Shown one piece after another: positions 24,939 to 32,541 of a stretch of 32,541 bases of DNA. The position numbers were made by a program, and so were the translations under genes. The stretch comes from a candidate division WOR-3 bacterium (GTDB lineage Bacteria > Hydrothermota > Tepidihabitantia > Tepidihabitantales > Tepidihabitantaceae). Under the pieces are notes generated by a model. It searched no databases, was not told the origin of the DNA, and was given only the letters and a program-made list of their open reading frames with translations. The stretch is from the NCBI GenBank assembly GCA_965649225.1, contig CBFGJX010000022.1:8561-41101 (forward strand). The letters are read 5' to 3'. Positions within the stretch are counted from its first letter, which is position 1. Each line of letters begins with the position of its first letter.

Positions 24939-25850
24939 TCAGTCTGCCGGGAGGAAGCCAAGGCGCTCGTAGACGCGACGGGCAGGAAGGTTGGTGGTGG
25001 TGACCCAAAGCGCGAGCCGGGAGTGGCCGGCGGCGGCCAGGGCGCGGGCCGAGCGCATTATCAGGGCCGAGGCGAGGCCACGGCGCTGCGCCGAGGGGCG
25101 GGTCATCGCGAAGGCGAGCAGTGGAGTGGGGTCTTGTTCGCCCAGCCTGATGGTTGTGATGAGGCTGGCCGATTGCAGGGTCCCGCCTTCCTCGTAAACA
25201 AACGAACAGCCGGGCTGAAACGAACCGTACATGCCGGCTAGGATCCTCCATATTGCAGTTTGCGCATCGGCGAACGTCTCGCCATTGTAGTCGACCGTCC
25301 CGCGGCAGGCGTCAAGCATCAGGTCGGCGAGCGCATCAGCGTCGTCCTCGGTGACGCAACGGCAGGCGAGGTCGGACGCCGGTAACGGCCCTGCCAGGGA
25401 CAACTGCATTCGCAGGCGCGGTCCGGATTGTGCCACGAAGGTCTGGCAGCGGCGTCTGGCCAGCTCGAGGCGCAGGGCGTCGCAGCGGTCATGCCAGAGT
25501 CGTTGGTAATCTTCGGGCGAGATGATGCGGGCCTTCAAGTCCAATACCGAGCGGACATTTTCGTCGTGGCACCACTTTACGCACTCTTCGTAAATCTCCC
25601 AGTCGAGGTCGGCGTCGGTTTCCCAGTAGACGCTGACTGCGTCGATGCCGGAAAGCGCGGCCGCGACCGCGCGGGTGTGGCCGTCGGTCAGTATCACGCT
25701 GTCACAGAGTTGCTTGACCGGCAGGGGCGCGAGGTCGGACGGGAGCAGCCGTTTGCGCCCGGCCATCACCGCGGCGAGTTTCTCGGAGTTGATCCAGAGC
25801 TGGCTCGGCTGGAGTTCGGAAAGCCGGGCAGTGAAGGTCAGTTCGCTCAC
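24939..25850 (-). CDS. Fusion of ParB/sulfiredoxin-like N-terminal domain and GNAT acetyltransferase
   Basis: LQPSQ...PLPV....ILTDGHTRA (ParB/Srx DGHxR-like motif); C-terminal T.PSAQRRGLA (acetyl-CoA motif A), LWVT..N.PARRVYERLGF. Start probably GTG 25850. Confidence 0.8.
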   Translation of the reverse strand: MSELTFTARLSELQPSQLWINSEKLAAVMAGRKRLLPSDLAPLPVKQLCDSVILTDGHTRAVAAALSGIDAVSVYWETDADLDWEIYEECVKWCHDENVRSVLDLKARIISPEDYQRLWHDRCDALRLELARRRCQTFVAQSGPRLRMQLSLAGPLPASDLACRCVTEDDADALADLMLDACRGTVDYNGETFADAQTAIWRILAGMYGSFQPGCSFVYEEGGTLQSASLITTIRLGEQDPTPLLAFAMTRPSAQRRGLASALIMRSARALAAAGHSRLALWVTTTNLPARRVYERLGFLPAD

Positions 25851-25855
25851 AGATG

Positions 25856-25893
25856 AACATAGATCGCTCGCGTGTGTGGTCAAGCGCTTGACC
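25856..25893 (-). promoter_or_regulatory. Promoter TTGACC-16-TATGTT, 5 nt before GTG (leaderless), with palindrome GGTCAAGCGCTTGACC
   Basis: -35 at 25883-25878, -10 at 25861-25856; perfect 16-bp palindrome at 25878-25893. Confidence 0.55.
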
Positions 25894-25955
25894 GGATTGC
25901 AGCACCAGCTCAGCCCCGCGAGGGCGGGTGCAACGGTCTGCGCTGCCGGGACAGG

Positions 25956-28874
25956 CTAGTCGAGCAGGACCACGCGCAGGGGCCGGTTCAGGCCGGCGGC
26001 GTGGATGAACGCAACGCCTGAGGCGAGGCCCGACAGGTCGAGCCGGGCCGAGCCATCGCGGTCAACCGGGCAGTCCGCCCATTCGCGTAGCACCCGGCCG
26101 GCGCAGTCCCTTACTACAATCCGGCCTTGGTTCGTTCCCACGGGCAGTTGCAGTCTAATCGTCCCGGCGCGCAGCACGGCCGCGGAACCGTCAGCCGGCA
26201 ACTGCAACGAACTGCCGGTGATGGGCTCCCGAGTTTCCAGCACGCCGGACTGGATTCTGCCGTCCAGTGGCCTGACATGTGTTGCCCGCAGTTCGCTGCC
26301 GGGAAAGTAGCGCCAGAACTCGTTGGTCTTGTTGCCTTTCAGCGCATAGAGCGCAACGCCGTCGGTTGTGATGTCGCCGCCCGCCTTCACGCGCTTTTTC
26401 CTGAGCGCGGAGCCGATGGCGGGTATCGTCTCCATCTCAGACCACACCATCGTTCCGGGGTCGAGCGTGTAGAAGTCCTGGGTGTTGCCGCCTTTCAGTG
26501 CCCAGAGCAGGCTGCCCCAAAAAACCGCGGCGCCGCCGTCCTTGGATTTCTTGCTCTTGCCGGTCTGGCGGCAGAGCAGCGGCATGCCGGGCATTGCCGA
26601 TCCCCAGGTGTTGGTCCTGATGGAGTAGGCGTAGAGCTCGTGGTACTTCGCTTTGTGGGCGTAGATTCTGCCCTCGCCGTCGTAAGCGAGCCAGGAACCA
26701 TTGTCCCATTTTGGCCTGGCGCCGGCTGGCGCATCGGCGAGCGATGACCACGTTCCGGCAGCGACGCTGAAGCGGTAGAACTCGGATTTGTATCCCTTGA
26801 GCAGATACACCCAGGCGCTTTCACCATCGACGACATAGACCAGGTCGGTGCCGCCCTTGACTTTTTTGTTGGATGGTCCGAGGGGTACATCGGCGAGCTG
26901 ATTCCAGACGTTGGCGTTGGCATCGTAGCACCAGAAGCCGGTGGTGTTGTTGCCTTTGGTGGCGTAGATGCGGCCGTTGCCGTCAGCGCACGCCGTCGAG
27001 CCCTTGTACGGCAGCTTGTTCTCGACGCCAGCCGGCCAGTCCGGCAGTTCGGACCACGAACCGGCAGTGATGTCGAAGCGGTAACATTCTCCGGTCTTGT
27101 AGCCTCTGGCCGCGATAATGCTCGCTCCGGCAGCGTCGTATGCCAGCCAGGCTCCGTCTTTCGCGGCCCTGGCGCTCGTAGGCAGGGGCTCAAGTTCCAC
27201 CCAGCCGAGTGGCCAGTCGGGTCGGGCTGTAATCGCGAACCTGCCGGTCAGGGTGTCGTTGGTGGGGTTGCCGTCACCGGCAATCCATGTCGAGCAGCGT
27301 ACCGTGTAGTTGCCGGCCGGATGCGGCTTGGGCCAGGGCACGAATTGCTGACGCCATGTGTCGCCCGCGGCGAGTTCAGTTACCGTAACCGCGTCAGAAT
27401 GAACCAGCCCGCCCGGTCCGGTCAACTTGACAAAGGCGGTGAAGCTTGCCGGCGCGGCTCCCCAGTTGCGGAAGGTCGCCGAAGCAATGACAGCCGCACT
27501 GGTATCGAGACTGCCGGTCGGCGCATTGATGCGCACGACGCCGACGTCCACGGCCGGACCGGGAAGGACCGTTCCGCCGCCGAGAGCCGTGTCGTTGGAG
27601 TGGTTCTGGTCGCCGGGCAAGATGGTGAACGCCCTGGTTATGTACGGCCCGACCGGACCGGCGGTCCAGCGACGGGCAAATGAGCGCACAACCGTCGAAT
27701 CGACCGGCACCGCGATACCGGTCTCGGTCGTGTCATAGAGGATGTTGGGGGGGACAGCACTGTCGGTAATCACCAGTCGCACGTCACAGCTGACACTGAC
27801 CGTGCCGTAATTGGCGACCTGGAGCTGTGGGATGACGACGGTGTTGGCACCGACCTCGCCGGCCGGGACAAGTATCTGGCTGACGCCGACGTCCTTGCCT
27901 GCGTTCGAGTCGAGCACCGTGACGCTGGCCAGTAGTGAGTCGTTGCTGTTGTCACCGTCGCCGTCAAGTCGAGTCGAACAGGCCACCGCGTAGCTACCGG
28001 GCGACTGGAGCACATACCACGTGGGGAACTGGACGAGCCGGCGTTCGCCCGTACCGTGGTTTGTGACATCGACCACTTCGTCGTAGAAGCTGCCGATGCG
28101 CATCCGGACCCGGTAGAACGGCTCAAACTGTCCGTGGTTGTACACCGAACAGGCCGGCGTCACGGTCGTGTCGTAGGGTACTGAGCCGGTCGGCGCGAGC
28201 AGGCGGGTGACTGCGACGTCGCGCGTCGGACCGCCGCCGGCGTAGGAGACGATAAGTCGCGGCGCCAGGCTCGAGTCGTTGACCGAACTGCGTCCATTGA
28301 ACCAGGCATTCCAGGAACTGGCGTTGACTCCGCGCAGGCTGAGTGCGGCCCAGCCCTGGGCAAGTCGCGCTTCGAGTGCGGTCAACCCTGCGGCAGTGAA
28401 CCGGGCGGTAAGCCAGCCACTTGCCGTCGGATACAGCGTCTCGCACGCCACCGGGTTGGTCTGGGATTCGAGGAAGAACTGCTGGGCGAGCGGTTCGTTG
28501 ATGTTGGTCAGCAGGTCGGTATTCATCGTCAGCACGCGGACTTCGATCGGACTTGGCACGGTTGTTACCTGCAGGCACCGTATCAACAGACTGCAGGCGA
28601 CGATGTCCGAGCCCGGAGGAATGGTTGACACGTCGAACTTCACCCAACCCCGCGCTTCGATGCCGCCCATGTAACCGGTCTGCGCCTTGATGGTCGGTGT
28701 TTCGGTCATGTAGGTTCCGGACCCATAGGCGGTGGTGCCGGTCGAATTTACCGGCAGCGGGGGCCTGGCCCAGACTGTGTCGTGGATGATGTCGTCGGCG
28801 ACCGCGGAGCGGCCGTTTGCGGCCAGCGCGGCTGCGGTCAACAGAGTAAGAATTCCGAGGCAATTGCGTTTCAC
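25956..28874 (-). CDS. Secreted modular protein, 972 aa: DNRLRE/CBM96-like head, 3 CARDB/Ig repeats, Kelch-like propeller, CTD
   Basis: AAGGAGG RBS; signal peptide; RGWVKFDVSTIPPGSDI..CSL...PRLIVSY; three DV(A/G)V repeats; propeller paralogous to that in 18310-22356; degenerate CTD (VRDCAGRVLR...LSGLASGV). Confidence 0.9.
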   Translation of the reverse strand: MKRNCLGILTLLTAAALAANGRSAVADDIIHDTVWARPPLPVNSTGTTAYGSGTYMTETPTIKAQTGYMGGIEARGWVKFDVSTIPPGSDIVACSLLIRCLQVTTVPSPIEVRVLTMNTDLLTNINEPLAQQFFLESQTNPVACETLYPTASGWLTARFTAAGLTALEARLAQGWAALSLRGVNASSWNAWFNGRSSVNDSSLAPRLIVSYAGGGPTRDVAVTRLLAPTGSVPYDTTVTPACSVYNHGQFEPFYRVRMRIGSFYDEVVDVTNHGTGERRLVQFPTWYVLQSPGSYAVACSTRLDGDGDNSNDSLLASVTVLDSNAGKDVGVSQILVPAGEVGANTVVIPQLQVANYGTVSVSCDVRLVITDSAVPPNILYDTTETGIAVPVDSTVVRSFARRWTAGPVGPYITRAFTILPGDQNHSNDTALGGGTVLPGPAVDVGVVRINAPTGSLDTSAAVIASATFRNWGAAPASFTAFVKLTGPGGLVHSDAVTVTELAAGDTWRQQFVPWPKPHPAGNYTVRCSTWIAGDGNPTNDTLTGRFAITARPDWPLGWVELEPLPTSARAAKDGAWLAYDAAGASIIAARGYKTGECYRFDITAGSWSELPDWPAGVENKLPYKGSTACADGNGRIYATKGNNTTGFWCYDANANVWNQLADVPLGPSNKKVKGGTDLVYVVDGESAWVYLLKGYKSEFYRFSVAAGTWSSLADAPAGARPKWDNGSWLAYDGEGRIYAHKAKYHELYAYSIRTNTWGSAMPGMPLLCRQTGKSKKSKDGGAAVFWGSLLWALKGGNTQDFYTLDPGTMVWSEMETIPAIGSALRKKRVKAGGDITTDGVALYALKGNKTNEFWRYFPGSELRATHVRPLDGRIQSGVLETREPITGSSLQLPADGSAAVLRAGTIRLQLPVGTNQGRIVVRDCAGRVLREWADCPVDRDGSARLDLSGLASGVAFIHAAGLNRPLRVVLLD

Positions 28875-28914
28875 GAATCCTCCTTGGCCGGCGTTGGCCG
28901 CTTCGTCGTTTCGC

Positions 28915-31900
28915 TCACCGGAGAACCAGCTTCCTGATGCTGCTGTGGCCGGTCGAACTGAGCCGGCAGAAATAGACGCCGGCCGGCAACCGGCGTCCGT
29001 GGCCGTCGGACAAGTCCCAGGTCAGCGGTCCGGTCGCGCGGCCGTCGATTTCAAAGCAGCGCACAATCCTGCCGCTCAGGTCGATGATAGCCAACCGGCC
29101 GTGTTCGTCCGCGCCGAGCCGGCAATCAAATCGGACCAGGCGGCCGGCCGGGTTTGGGCCCACAGTCAGGCCCGGCAGTTCGATCGGTTGTGGCGGTGCA
29201 GTGATGCCTGCCGCGCTCGCGGTCGCCGCGAAGTGCAGAGCGTTGTGCCAGACCAGCACCCAGTCACCGAATCGCTGGTCCGGCCGGGCAATGCTGCCCG
29301 GGTACTGGTTCAGCCCGACAACTTTCCGGCTGGCACTGACAGCAACAAACGGCCGGCCGTCGCGCCAGCGGGCGATTGTCTCGGCACCGGCGGCAAATGT
29401 CGCGCTTGCCCGGTAGAAGTCGGCCACCTGCTGAACTCCGGCCATCACCGGGTGCGAGGATCGGTGCGGTCCCAGTGAGTCGAGACGGAAGTTGGTCGCA
29501 CCCGGCACCAGGGTTGCGTGCTGGCCGGTCATGATTCGTCCTTGCATCCGCCAGCCGGTCGTGAAGCAGAACTCACCGAGCACGACACCACCGCCGCGGT
29601 CGGCGAACGCTGCCAGCGTGTCACCGAGCGCTGCCGGGGCAAGAAAGGTGAAGTTGTCGAATGCCGCGACTGCATCAAATCCGAGCAGGTCGGCAAGACG
29701 CGGCGTCTGTTCGTGTGCATCGTAGGTCGCGACGCTGTCGCCGAGTCGGCGCAGACCGGTCAGGAGGCTTTCCGGCACGGCGTGGTCCGAGTATACCACC
29801 AGTGCCGCCAGCCGTTCCGATGCCGTGGAGCGGGCGCGGATCGTGTCACTCTGCCGGCGTTCGTCGGTGGCCAGTTCGTGCCAGACCGTGGTATTGTAGA
29901 CTGCACCTTGAGGCCCAACAGCCCATTCGGCGAACTGGCAGCGTACCTGGCCGGACTCGGGCAGGACGGCAACGACCGCCGAGTCGCGAAAGACCGTGAC
30001 TCCCGCCGATTCCACAAGACAGTGAACCGAAAAGTCCCTTTCGTCGTATTGACCCTGGTTGTCGAGATAGACGATGGGGGACAGCCGCCTGCCGGCCAGC
30101 AGTCTCGGCCGAAAGTTGGTGAAACTGATTGCCGCATCGTGGCCGCGCGAGACGGTCAGCGCGACCAGCGTGTCGTTGAATCGCGACGTGTCGTTGGCCA
30201 GACTGTGCCAGCAGATGAGGCGGTAGGACTGGAACCCCGGGCCGACGTTCCAGGCCGGGAAGTTCACCGTGTCGCAGGCAAGCGTGTCGATGGACGGCAG
30301 TGTCGCTGACTGCTGGTACACGGCCACCCCGGCCGACTCCACCCGGCAATGGAGTTCGACCCCGTACTCGCGGAAAGTGCCGCGGTTGGTCACCGCCAGC
30401 CGCGGTACGACCGGTTCACGCTGGTTGACCAAAGCGCCGGGTGCTACCAGCCCGGTTAGAGCAATGTCGTGGTGCGGAACGCCGTAGCGGGTCTGCTCGA
30501 CCGCCAGCAGCGCGTCGACTCTTCCGGCGCCGGCGGTGTCGGTTTTCGGTCGGGAGCTCAGCGGCACTACCGAGTTCTGGAGTATCGAATCAACCGCGCG
30601 GGGGCTCAGGCCCGGGTTCTTTTCCAGCATCAGCGCGCACACTCCGGCAACGGCGGGGGTGGCCATCGATGTGCCCGAGCTCAAGTAGTAGCCGCCGCCG
30701 ATGCGGCAAGAGGCAACGTTGACGCCTGGTGCGGAAAGGTCTGGCTTGAGCAGGCCCGGGGGGTAAGGGTAGTCGTTATATGGCGCGATGCCGGTCCAGG
30801 ACACCGGCCCACGCGATGAGAATTCGGCGACTGAGTCTCGCTGGTCGGTTGCCGCGACCGCGATGGCCCCGCCCAGTCCGCCGGGAGCCTCGGCCGGATG
30901 CTTCCAGGGTCCGGGTACGTCGGCGGGTGTGGTGATGTTGTCCGGAGGCTGGCCCCAGCCGTCGTTGCCCGCCGCGACGAAGAACGGCAGGCCGGCCGCG
31001 GCGAGGTTTGTCGCCGCCTGCCGGAAGAGCGCCCGGCGCGGCCCCCAGCCGTGGCGGAGACCCAGGCTCATCGTGACCAGGTCGGCGCCGTTGTCGGGCG
31101 AGGCGGGCGGAGCGATGCAGAACTCCATCGCCCGGAACATCGTGTTCTCGCTGACCGTGTCGGGGCCGGGCCGGGTGTATAGTGTCTTGACCCGGCATAC
31201 CATTATCCGGGCGCGGGGTGCGATGCCGGTTGCCGTGCCGCCGGTGCCGTCGCCAGCAACAGTCCCGGCCGTATGGGTCCCGTGGCCGTTGGTGTCCATC
31301 GGGTTGTTGTTGTCGTTGGCAAAGTTCCAGCCGTGGAACGGGTAGGCGCTGTCGGTCCACATATGGGTGGCGAGGTCCGGGTGGGTGTAGTCGCAACCGC
31401 CATCGATGTGACCCACGACCACACCCTCGCCGCGCAGCCCGAACCGGAGCCAGACGCTGTCCGCCTTCATCTGGCGTACGTTCCAGCCGACGTCGTCGGT
31501 GGGCGGTAAACTGCCTGCCGCTGGTTCGAGCCGGGACCCGCACGCCACCGGCACCCGGTCGCTGCCGATGAACCAGATGTCGGGCCGCGCCGCGATACGA
31601 CCAATTGCCGGGGCTGAGGCGCGGCAGTAGACCGCATTGGCGATCCACAGCGGTACGACATCGCTCACCTCGCCGGTTGCGGTAAGGCTCTCAAGCAGAG
31701 AGAGCAACCCGGCCTGCGACTCGCCGGCATGCTCCTGCAATGCCTGTACCACATCGTGTCGCTGTTGTGTCTTGTCAGCGCCTGACGACAGCAACGGACG
31801 CGAGTCCAGGAAGCGGTTGAGCGCCAGCAGTACTTCGAACCGCTGGCCGGGTTCGGCAAGGTCCATCTCACGCGCCAGCCCGGGCTCGATGCCGGCGCTT

Positions 31901-31962
31901 GCGACTCGAGCTAACGGGATCGGCGCGGCGAGCAAAGCGAGCACTACTACCAGTGCCATCAT
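28915..31962 (-). CDS. S8 (subtilisin-like) serine peptidase with propeptide, 2 CARDB/Ig repeats, alpha/beta domain and FlgD/T9SS-like CTD
   Basis: Triad VVGHIDGG (Asp), NGHGTHTAG (His), SGTSMATP (Ser); oxyanion AAGN; CTD GPNP...IIDLSGRIVR...WDLSD..G..LPAGVYF.RL...KLVLR. Start 31965, 31962 or 31959. Confidence 0.94.
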   Translation of the reverse strand: MMALVVVLALLAAPIPLARVASAGIEPGLAREMDLAEPGQRFEVLLALNRFLDSRPLLSSGADKTQQRHDVVQALQEHAGESQAGLLSLLESLTATGEVSDVVPLWIANAVYCRASAPAIGRIAARPDIWFIGSDRVPVACGSRLEPAAGSLPPTDDVGWNVRQMKADSVWLRFGLRGEGVVVGHIDGGCDYTHPDLATHMWTDSAYPFHGWNFANDNNNPMDTNGHGTHTAGTVAGDGTGGTATGIAPRARIMVCRVKTLYTRPGPDTVSENTMFRAMEFCIAPPASPDNGADLVTMSLGLRHGWGPRRALFRQAATNLAAAGLPFFVAAGNDGWGQPPDNITTPADVPGPWKHPAEAPGGLGGAIAVAATDQRDSVAEFSSRGPVSWTGIAPYNDYPYPPGLLKPDLSAPGVNVASCRIGGGYYLSSGTSMATPAVAGVCALMLEKNPGLSPRAVDSILQNSVVPLSSRPKTDTAGAGRVDALLAVEQTRYGVPHHDIALTGLVAPGALVNQREPVVPRLAVTNRGTFREYGVELHCRVESAGVAVYQQSATLPSIDTLACDTVNFPAWNVGPGFQSYRLICWHSLANDTSRFNDTLVALTVSRGHDAAISFTNFRPRLLAGRRLSPIVYLDNQGQYDERDFSVHCLVESAGVTVFRDSAVVAVLPESGQVRCQFAEWAVGPQGAVYNTTVWHELATDERRQSDTIRARSTASERLAALVVYSDHAVPESLLTGLRRLGDSVATYDAHEQTPRLADLLGFDAVAAFDNFTFLAPAALGDTLAAFADRGGGVVLGEFCFTTGWRMQGRIMTGQHATLVPGATNFRLDSLGPHRSSHPVMAGVQQVADFYRASATFAAGAETIARWRDGRPFVAVSASRKVVGLNQYPGSIARPDQRFGDWVLVWHNALHFAATASAAGITAPPQPIELPGLTVGPNPAGRLVRFDCRLGADEHGRLAIIDLSGRIVRCFEIDGRATGPLTWDLSDGHGRRLPAGVYFCRLSSTGHSSIRKLVLR

Positions 31963-32540
31963 CACTCACCCCCGACTGCAACGGTCAGTCGGCACGACCT
32001 CGCCGCCGGACCGCTGCCGACCTGAACGATGTACACGCCCGGCGAAAGTCCGGCGACATCCAGCAAGGCCGTGCCGGAATGGCCGGGCAGGCTCAGGGTC
32101 CTCGTTACCCGGCCGGTGGCATCGTACATCCGCGCTTCGGCTCGTTCGCCCGGGGAAAGTGAGTAGCGCAGCACGGCCTGTCCGTTACGGACCGGGTTGG
32201 GCCAGGCTTTCAAGTCTCGTCCTGCCGGCAGCGGTACAGGCCTTTCCACCACGCCGGCGCAGGCATAGTCGACGATCAGCTTGGGCCTGAACTGCCAGCT
32301 GCTGTCCAGTCCGACATAACGCGCCCAGGAGAACGGTAACTGCACGCCGGTCGGGCTGAGGCCGATGGCAAACCAGTTTTCGGCCAGCCGCCTTTCAAGG
32401 TCGCGCGCCGCGTCCCGGCTCAGGCGATAGTCGTGCCAGACGAAATCCCGCGGGCAGGCAGCACTGGCGTAGGTAGCGCCATCACCACAGTCCTCATACA
32501 GCGCCCGCGCGGTATCGCCGTTCTGGCTCCGCCCGTAGAC
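31962..32540 (-). CDS. Partial (5'-truncated by window) secreted protein: DNRLRE-like domain plus T9SS-like CTD
   Basis: Frame stays open to the window edge (VYGRSQ...LERRLAENWFAIGL...RPKLIVDY); CTD AWPNPV...MYDATGRV...LSPGVYIV. Confidence 0.85.
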   Translation of the reverse strand, partial: VYGRSQNGDTARALYEDCGDGATYASAACPRDFVWHDYRLSRDAARDLERRLAENWFAIGLSPTGVQLPFSWARYVGLDSSWQFRPKLIVDYACAGVVERPVPLPAGRDLKAWPNPVRNGQAVLRYSLSPGERAEARMYDATGRVTRTLSLPGHSGTALLDVAGLSPGVYIVQVGSGPAARSCRLTVAVGGE

Positions 32541-32541
32541 A

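Noticed and set aside
19192..28220. Ig and Kelch repeats as DGR targets, recent duplications or an invertible segment
   Set aside because: Similarity is clear only at protein level; I saw no near-identical DNA copies, adenine-specific mismatches, reverse transcriptase or recombinase.
1..32541. CRISPR arrays, tRNA/rRNA, IS elements, prophage or defence genes
   Set aside because: No regularly spaced repeats, cloverleafs, transposase or integrase motifs were seen by eye.

Overview
High-GC bacterial window, gene-dense, with no rRNA, tRNA, CRISPR array or mobile element that I can support. The content (PorV-family barrel, many T9SS-like C-terminal sorting domains, CARDB/Ig stalks, Lys-rich Kelch propellers) suggests a non-Bacteroidota lineage in or near the FCB group such as candidate phylum WOR-3; this is inferred from protein style only. 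From left to right: (i) minus-strand nitrosative/redox operon Rrf2 - 4Fe-4S protein - cupin - hcp with a palindromic operator; (ii) two hypothetical genes, one GT-B-like; (iii) a ~900 bp low-coding region with a small exported ORF; (iv) deoC-kbl and a terminator; (v) a tightly coupled four-gene envelope operon (lipoprotein, TonB-dependent-receptor-like barrel, 981-aa CTD protein, PorV-family barrel) with a structured leader, followed by a perfect 28-bp palindrome and a clostripain (C11) gene; (vi) modular secreted proteins (head domain + Ig repeats +/- Kelch + CTD), including an S8 protease; (vii) iron-sulfur flavoprotein, DUF134-NifX/NifB pair with an operator, and a ParB/Srx-like-GNAT fusion. 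The best candidate for an uncharacterised system is the SusD-less TBDR / CTD-cargo / dedicated PorV module together with the mix-and-match CTD secretome. Other signals are recurring 16-bp-spaced sigma70 promoters and strong D-S/T motif enrichment in an exported protein. All family assignments come from motif recognition by eye; no database searches were run.
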